Shown piece by piece: positions 59,662 through 64,000 of a stretch of 64,000 nt of DNA. The notes beneath the pieces are model-generated. The model was not told the DNA's origin and ran no database searches. It was given only the letters and a program-made list of their open reading frames with translations. The stretch is from a virus (Duplodnaviria; Caudoviricetes). The position numbers and the translations under genes are program-made. The stretch's first letter is position 1, and each line of letters starts with the position of its first letter. The stretch covers positions 64,001 through 128,000 of IMG/VR virus record IMGVR_UViG_3300017917_003016. One strand, given 5' to 3'.

Positions 59662-59673
59662 TTAGGCTTTTTT
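59648..59673 (+). terminator. intrinsic terminator
   Basis: AGCCTAATC-GTT-GATTAGGCT then T run. Confidence 0.8.
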
Positions 59674-59796
59674 AATGGTTTTACGCATGGTTTTTAGGGG
59701 TTTTAGGCCATATACTGTGTATAAGTAATTGTGTAACAGTATTCATTGTTATACGGTTACGAGACAACTTTAGTTTTTTATAAAGGAGAAATAAAC

Positions 59797-59868
59797 ATGT
59801 GGACCAAACCCGCTGCTCAAGACAAGCGTTTCGGTTTTGAAGTAACCATGTATATTGCTGCTCGCTAA
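59797..59868 (+). CDS. pqqA: PQQ precursor peptide PqqA (MWTKPAAQDKRFGFEVTMYIAAR)
   Basis: W-x-K-P...R-F-G-F-E-V-T-M-Y with ExxxY core; AAGGAG SD; own terminator; absent from ORF track. Confidence 0.92.
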   Translation: MWTKPAAQDKRFGFEVTMYIAAR

Positions 59869-59885
59869 TCGAGTAACAAGTACTG

Positions 59886-59912
59886 AAAAGCCCGCCTAGT
59901 GCGGGCTTTTTT
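59886..59912 (+). terminator. intrinsic terminator after pqqA
   Basis: AAAAGCCCGC-CTAGT-GCGGGCTTTTTT. Confidence 0.88.
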
Positions 59913-59955
59913 ATTGATATTTTATCAAATAAATATTATTGAATTTCAATAACAC

Positions 59956-60852
59956 ATGACTCGATATTCTTCCTATCATGAATTTGATCAAGATACAAAA
60001 AACTTACCAAGAATAAGTTATCTTGAGACCATGCTGACCTATGCTTGCACACTGAGTTGTCGCAGTTGTACAAACTACAGCGACTACGGTATGAAAGGTG
60101 GGCATGTCAAATGGTCTACAGCGAAACCGTGGTTAGATGCATGGTTTGATCGTATACGAGTGGACTGCTTTGGTTTTATTGGTGGCGAACCTCTAATGAA
60201 TCCAGAATTAGAAACATGGATTAGAGAATTTCGTAAAAACTATCCATTTACTACAATTATGATTGTAACCAATGCTCAACTGTTTACAAAAAATCTTTGG
60301 ATACTAGATGTTATGGAAGAACTAGGTATGATTTACCTTAAGTTCACTAATCACATTCCCAAAGCCAAATATTTTACCAAAGCGGTGGATACAGTATTAT
60401 CTAGATTTCCGTGGGAATATAAACCCGAGTGGGAAAGGTATTTTTATCAAGAAAAAATTCTAGACTTTCTTGTTAGTGAATCACCAACTTTTATGAAAAC
60501 CTATCGGGGTGAGTATGGTTCAATGAAACCCTACAACAACGATCCACAACAGGCATTTAAGATTTGTAATCAACAAATTTGTCCTCTTCTTTATAACGGT
60601 CGCCTCTACAAGTGTAGCAGCCTAGGTATGCTATCGAGAGTTTTACAAGACCACGGCCAAGTTGACGATCCTGACTGGCAACCGTTTGTGCAAAATCAAG
60701 GATTGGATTTAAGTTGTTCTGATGAAGAATTGCGAGCATGGGCTGATAATTTTGGTAAGCCTATTAAAGAATGTAGGATGTGCCCAACAGAGAAAGATAA
60801 ACCTTTTCATTCTCACTATGACACAGTTGTTAATAGAATTAACATTTTTTAA
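59956..60852 (+). CDS. radical SAM protein with C-terminal auxiliary Cys motifs
   Basis: CTLSCRSC, GGEPL, VTNA, C-x4-C...YKC...CRMC. Confidence 0.85.
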   Translation: MTRYSSYHEFDQDTKNLPRISYLETMLTYACTLSCRSCTNYSDYGMKGGHVKWSTAKPWLDAWFDRIRVDCFGFIGGEPLMNPELETWIREFRKNYPFTTIMIVTNAQLFTKNLWILDVMEELGMIYLKFTNHIPKAKYFTKAVDTVLSRFPWEYKPEWERYFYQEKILDFLVSESPTFMKTYRGEYGSMKPYNNDPQQAFKICNQQICPLLYNGRLYKCSSLGMLSRVLQDHGQVDDPDWQPFVQNQGLDLSCSDEELRAWADNFGKPIKECRMCPTEKDKPFHSHYDTVVNRINIF

Positions 60853-60899
60853 TAGAAATCACATGTGATTTTTTGGACAAGTATAAATAAAATGTATGG

Positions 60900-60928
60900 T
60901 TGATACAAGTCAACGTAAGTATTACAAT
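60900..60928 (+). promoter_or_regulatory. sigma70-like promoter of leader ORF (late box TATAAATA at 60882)
   Basis: TTGATA-17-TACAAT. Confidence 0.6.
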
Positions 60929-60943
60929 AGGCGTTATACAAAG

Positions 60944-61069
60944 ATGAACACAAATCTTAACCTAAGACCAACACAGCCCAAAACACTAACCAGTGTTGTA
61001 GCATCCTATTGGTCACAGTTTGAGAGTCTAAATTGCGATCGCAGCATTGGCGGGGGGGTTCTAGGTTAA
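60944..61069 (+). CDS. putative attenuator leader peptide (41 aa)
   Basis: MNTNLNLRPTQPKTLTSVVASYWSQFESLNCDRSIGGGVLG; last codons form the 5' strand of an antiterminator. Confidence 0.55.
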   Translation: MNTNLNLRPTQPKTLTSVVASYWSQFESLNCDRSIGGGVLG

Positions 61070-61101
61070 CGGTATAGCAGCACATGCACACTAACTTAGG
61101 A

Positions 61102-61128
61102 CCCTGGACAGAAAATCCAGGGTTTTTT
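61102..61128 (+). terminator. attenuator-type intrinsic terminator
   Basis: CCCTGGA-CAGAAAA-TCCAGGG-TTTTTT; 5' arm overlaps alternative 12-bp helix 61056-67/61093-104. Confidence 0.8.
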
Positions 61129-61151
61129 GTTTTGTGCAGTAGAAAAAGAGG

Positions 61152-61180
61152 TTGACACTGGCGCAGATTAGTACTATACT
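61152..61180 (+). promoter_or_regulatory. sigma70 promoter of ncRNA/tRNA cluster
   Basis: TTGACA-17-TATACT. Confidence 0.8.
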
Positions 61181-61202
61181 GTGCAACATGTTAACTAAAC
61201 AT

Positions 61203-61957
61203 GCGGTTGTAAGGTGTGGTGGGTAACGAGGACCCAGACAGCACTCTAAACATTGTCAAACGGGCGGAGGCTGGGAGTCACAACAAACAGTCAGGGTACA
61301 GACGGTGTACCCACTATACATAAGCACACTGAAGGGCATTACCGCGTGTCTAACACTGCCCGATGAGTTAGACCAGTGTGCTTATGTATAGTGAAATCAG
61401 TTTTGGGGAGGGCACCTCCGTGACGGGAGGTTTTGATCGCCAGTGCAGTTGGGTCCCGGGTTAGTGGACAGAAAGACTGCCCTGCGTCACCAGAGTGCAC
61501 ATCAAGCGCCTCTCCAACCCTTTTATGAGGCTGCAGCCTCATATACGGAAGATGAGTAAACTCGAGTAAAACTCATCAAGGCACAAACAGCGGAGGCGTA
61601 TCGTCCCTCCCATGCTGAACCTGACAGCCTGGAAAGACAGGCACTATAGATAAGTGCTGTCAAGGGTATCGTTACGGGACGCCGTAACTATGCGGGCCTA
61701 ACTGGCGTGGAACAGGTCCTGATATAACCGCTATACGCTGTGGGATGGAAGCACCAGACCCCTAAATTGGCAAGACAGCACTTTTCTATAGTTTTCAAAA
61801 ACTATAAATCTGCACGGTAGCGAAAGGAGTCTAGTCAACTCGCCCACCTGCAAGGGTAGTACATATGCCATCCCTGGCCCTGCTGACCCAGGATAACCCA
61901 GGTGACACCAGAGCCGCTTACATGAGGCTCACGCAGGGTGCAGATCTATAGTTTTTT
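61203..61957 (+). ncRNA. array of unidentified structured RNAs (at least 5 modules)
   Basis: GC-rich, no credible ORF; long closing stems 61312-31/61374-93, 61643-61/61774-92, 61801-15/61938-52; internal hairpins and pseudoknots. Confidence 0.7.
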
Positions 61958-62045
61958 GGAAGTGCGGCTCAGATGGCGGATGGGCACCGGACTGTAAATT
62001 CGGCACACAGAAACGCAGTAGGTTCGAATCCTACCACTTCCACCA
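61958..62045 (+). tRNA. tRNA-Tyr(GTA)
   Basis: GGAAGTG/CACTTCC acceptor, CCGGA-CTGTAAA-TTCGG, long variable arm, encoded CCA. Confidence 0.9.
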
Positions 62046-62048
62046 TTC

Positions 62049-62200
62049 AATGACGACCGGCTAAATCTGCGGAGTGCAGGCCCAGGTTGGGGGTGATACG
62101 CCACTCAAGTTCCAACCCGTCATTTATCAAAAAGGGAGAGCGTTGAGCATGAAACCATGCCTGCTCTTAAACGACAATGACTGCGTCCCTAGAGATTCCC
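62049..62200 (+). ncRNA. two unidentified structured elements between tRNA-Tyr and tRNA-Glu
   Basis: AATGACG/CGTCATT and GGTTGG/CCAACC stems; AGAGC/GCTCT with GCATG-AAAC-CATGC hairpin. Confidence 0.5.
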
Positions 62201-62278
62201 GTCCCTATAGATTACGATTGGTTAGATCATCACCCTTTCAAGGTGAAGAACCGGGATCGTCGCCCGGTAGGGACGCCA
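62201..62278 (+). tRNA. tRNA-Glu(TTC)
   Basis: GTCCCTA/TAGGGAC, TCACC-CTTTCAA-GGTGA, CCA. Confidence 0.9.
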
Positions 62279-62284
62279 GTTTTA

Positions 62285-62373
62285 GGAGAGTTGCCAGAGT
62301 GGTAATGGAGCGGATTGCTAATCCGTCGTTTGCGAAAGCAGGCGCATTGGTTCGAATCCAATACTCTCCGCCA
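62285..62373 (+). tRNA. tRNA-Ser(GCT)
   Basis: GGAGAGT/ACTCTCC, long variable arm, TTCGAAT, CCA. Confidence 0.93.
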
Positions 62374-62378
62374 AGTAT

Positions 62379-62455
62379 GGTCTGTTAGAATAGTGGCCTA
62401 ATTCGCCTGCCTGTCACGCAGGAGATCAGGGGTTCAAATCCCCTACAGACCGCCA
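62379..62455 (+). tRNA. tRNA-Asp(GTC)
   Basis: GGTCTGT/ACAGACC, CCTGC-CTGTCAC-GCAGG, CCA. Confidence 0.93.
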
Positions 62456-62457
62456 TT

Positions 62458-62532
62458 TGCCGCGTAGCTCAGAGGAAGAGCAATCGGTTGATAACCGATA
62501 GGTCGACATTTCAAAACTGTCCGTGGCAACCA
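62458..62532 (+). tRNA. tRNA-Ile(GAT)
   Basis: TGCCGCG/CGTGGCA, ATCGG-TTGATAA-CCGAT, atypical T arm, CCA. Confidence 0.85.
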
Positions 62533-62537
62533 ATTAT

Positions 62538-62611
62538 TGGGGTATGGTGAAATGGTATCACACAGGATTTTGATTCCCGTGTTCTTGGTTCGATTCCAAG
62601 TACCCCTGCCA
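62538..62611 (+). tRNA. tRNA-Gln(TTG)
   Basis: GGGGTA/TACCCC, loop TTTTGAT, TTCGATT, CCA. Confidence 0.88.
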
Positions 62612-62612
62612 A

Positions 62613-62688
62613 GGTAATGTAGCACAGCGGGAAGTGCAGCGTCTTCATATGTCGCAGGTCGTTGGTTCAAATCCAACCATTACCACCA
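62613..62688 (+). tRNA. tRNA with CAT anticodon (elongator Met or Ile2)
   Basis: GGTAATG/CATTACC, loop TTCATAT; lacks initiator GGG/CCC anticodon-stem pairs; CCA. Confidence 0.85.
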
Positions 62689-62692
62689 AAAT

Positions 62693-62769
62693 ACGCCTGT
62701 AGTTCAGCGGAATAGAACACTGGTCTACGAAACCAGAGGTCGGTGGTTTGAATCCACCCAGGTGTGCCA
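62693..62769 (+). tRNA. tRNA-Arg(ACG)
   Basis: ACGCCTG/CAGGTGT, CTGGT-CTACGAA-ACCAG, CCA. Confidence 0.9.
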
Positions 62770-62835
62770 AATTTACTGATCAGTAAATTTACAGTTAAAA
62801 CTAACTGAATTAGTAAAATTATTACTGATCAGTAA
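62769..62835. repeat. two copies of palindrome TTACTGATCAGTAA
   Basis: Perfect 22-bp AAATTTACTGATCAGTAAATTT at 62769-62790; core again at 62822-62835. Confidence 0.9.
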
Positions 62836-62842
62836 ATTTTAT

Positions 62843-62917
62843 GGTGTCTGTAGTGTAGCGGCAACACTCAAGATTGTGGATCTTGCATCATGAGTTCGAA
62901 CCTCATCGGGCACCCCA
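62843..62917 (+). tRNA. tRNA-His(GTG)
   Basis: G-1/C73, GTGTCTG/CGGGCAC, CAAGA-TTGTGGA-TCTTG, CCA. Confidence 0.93.
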
Positions 62918-62918
62918 C

Positions 62919-62947
62919 TTGACAATTGGTCAGTTTACAGTTATAAT
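62919..62947 (+). promoter_or_regulatory. consensus sigma70 promoter
   Basis: TTGACA-17-TATAAT. Confidence 0.88.
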
Positions 62948-62970
62948 TATGAAAATTTAAAGGAGGCAAC

Positions 62971-63528
62971 ATGCCAGCAACATTTTTGGTCAGCGACACG
63001 CATTTTGGTCACGCTGGCGTCTGCCGATTCCTGCGTGAGGATGGTACTAAACTCAGACCATTTGACACGCCCGAAGACATGGACGAATTCATGATCAAGG
63101 CGTGGAACGACCGTGTTAAGCCTAACGACAAGGTCTACCATCTCGGTGATGTGGTCATTAACCGCAAGTCTCTCAAAACTCTTGCTCGCCTTAACGGTGA
63201 CAAAGTGCTTATCAAGGGTAACCACGATATCTTTGCACTAGAGGATTATACCACCTACTTTAGAGATATTCGCGGTTATCACGTCATGAATGGCATGATC
63301 CTTAGTCATATCCCTGTGCATGCAGACAGTCTTGCACGTTTTGGTACCAACATTCACGGACATCTGCACGCCAATCGTGTCATGAAAGATGGAGTTATTG
63401 ATCCAAGATACCACTGTGTTTGTGTAGAGCACACCGACTATGCTCCTATACTGTTTGAGGATGTAATCAAACGTATTCTAGAAGAAGGCGGCAGTGTGGG
63501 TTTTAGGAACGGCAACGGTCCACTTTAA
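62971..63528 (+). CDS. calcineurin-like phosphoesterase
   Basis: SDTHFGH, YHLGDV, KGNHD, LSHIP, NIHGHLH; AGGAGG SD. Confidence 0.9.
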   Translation: MPATFLVSDTHFGHAGVCRFLREDGTKLRPFDTPEDMDEFMIKAWNDRVKPNDKVYHLGDVVINRKSLKTLARLNGDKVLIKGNHDIFALEDYTTYFRDIRGYHVMNGMILSHIPVHADSLARFGTNIHGHLHANRVMKDGVIDPRYHCVCVEHTDYAPILFEDVIKRILEEGGSVGFRNGNGPL

Positions 63529-64000
63529 TAGGCCAGCAGATTTCTTGCTGGCCTAATCCAATCAGTCATTAGAAAATGCTGCTTGTTGTGATCTAATACA
63601 GGTTGCAACCTTTCAATTATTTGTCTGGGGTTCTGTTGACAAAGATATTCAACCTGCTGCCACGCTAGTTTGAATCGTGTTTGATCATTGGCATGGTCAT
63701 CATAACTTTCATCGATTACACTACTAAAAGTTTGAAAACCTAATTTTTTTAGATTTCTTAGATAGTGTTGACCTGCAAACACAACAAAAGGTCTTAATGC
63801 TACTATAGGTTTTGCAACTTTTTCTGTAAAATGACTGTATTCGTTTGTGGATATGGTCTCGGCAACAACGGAGTAGTAACTGTTGTTATAGATATCAGTG
63901 GGTATCATAGCACTGACGCGAGCGTCCTCATCGTCAATTTTAAATTGATTAGAAGTAAGAGGTACTCCAAGTTTTGAAGGATGATATTTTGAATCCCATA
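63525..64000 (-). CDS. glycosyltransferase-like protein (TEK family), start beyond window edge
   Basis: Frame open to the edge (WDSKYHPSK...); VVAET...FTEKV...PFVV...GFQTFSSVIDESYD. Confidence 0.5.
   Translation of the reverse strand, partial: WDSKYHPSKLGVPLTSNQFKIDDEDARVSAMIPTDIYNNSYYSVVAETISTNEYSHFTEKVAKPIVALRPFVVFAGQHYLRNLKKLGFQTFSSVIDESYDDHANDQTRFKLAWQQVEYLCQQNPRQIIERLQPVLDHNKQHFLMTDWIRPARNLLAY
63529..63555. terminator. hairpin at convergent gene junction
   Basis: TAGGCCAGCA-GATTTCT-TGCTGGCCTA. Confidence 0.5.

Noticed and set aside
59956-60852. Calling the radical SAM gene pqqE
   Set aside because: Shorter than PqqE, lacks its recognisable N-terminal motif and full SPASM spacing, no PqqD, and separated from pqqA by a terminator.
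61346-61373. Twister ribozyme (CTAACACTGCC resembles a twister 5' segment)
   Set aside because: The conserved L4 loop and 3' pseudoknot strands are missing; the segment fits a simple H-type pseudoknot instead.
61403-61520. tmRNA, RNase P or SRP RNA
   Set aside because: No tag ORF or T arm, no RNase P P4 consensus, no SRP helix-8 motif recognisable.
61470-61645. Cobalamin riboswitch (ACTGCCC...; AGCCTGGAAAGAC)
   Set aside because: Only short look-alike words; no B12-box spacing or GGGAA core, and no downstream regulated gene.
61820-61937. Twister-sister ribozyme (ACC-TGCAAG-GGT and GGCTCA)
   Set aside because: The loop words are present but the required P1/L1 arrangement could not be built by eye; needs a covariance-model search.
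61339-62676. Track ORFs 61339-61542, 62074-62388 and 62443-62676
   Set aside because: They overlap tRNAs or structured RNA, have no SD and show no protein-like motifs.
1-64000. CRISPR array or cas genes
   Set aside because: No direct repeats with unique spacers. The PD-(D/E)xK nuclease at 34431 lacks the Cas4 Cys cluster and any cas context.
1-64000. Stop-codon reassignment
   Set aside because: Long genes are intact under the standard code; TAG, TAA and TGA all end real genes; no suppressor tRNA.

Overview
This is 64 kb of a large dsDNA tailed-phage genome with standard genetic code and mostly + strand genes. It is T4-like by its UvsW, gp41-type helicase, gp61-type primase and recurrent (T)ATAAATA late-promoter boxes; IscU, DnaK and PqqA sequences suggest a betaproteobacterial host (inference). 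In order it holds: a replication block with a 196-aa DnaE-like polymerase core; two giant repeat-rich fibre genes (1629 and 2609 aa) plus lectin/Gly-rich tip genes; primase, helicase and probable virion genes; iscU/iscA; nrdA-sod-nrdB-grx; bS21; dnaK-hsp20-clpS; a curli-like csgF-csgG-curlin-FecR-curlin locus; and 9 tRNAs. The strongest signals lie outside the ORF track: (1) a 23-aa PqqA precursor gene; (2) a 41-codon leader ORF with mutually exclusive antiterminator/terminator hairpins upstream of the RNA cluster; (3) about 1 kb of back-to-back structured non-tRNA RNAs, three closed by 15-20 bp stems sharing ACTATA/TATAGT ends; (4) near-identical ROSE-type thermometer hairpins before dnaK and hsp20. 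All assignments come from reading motifs and pairings by eye; no database searches were run.
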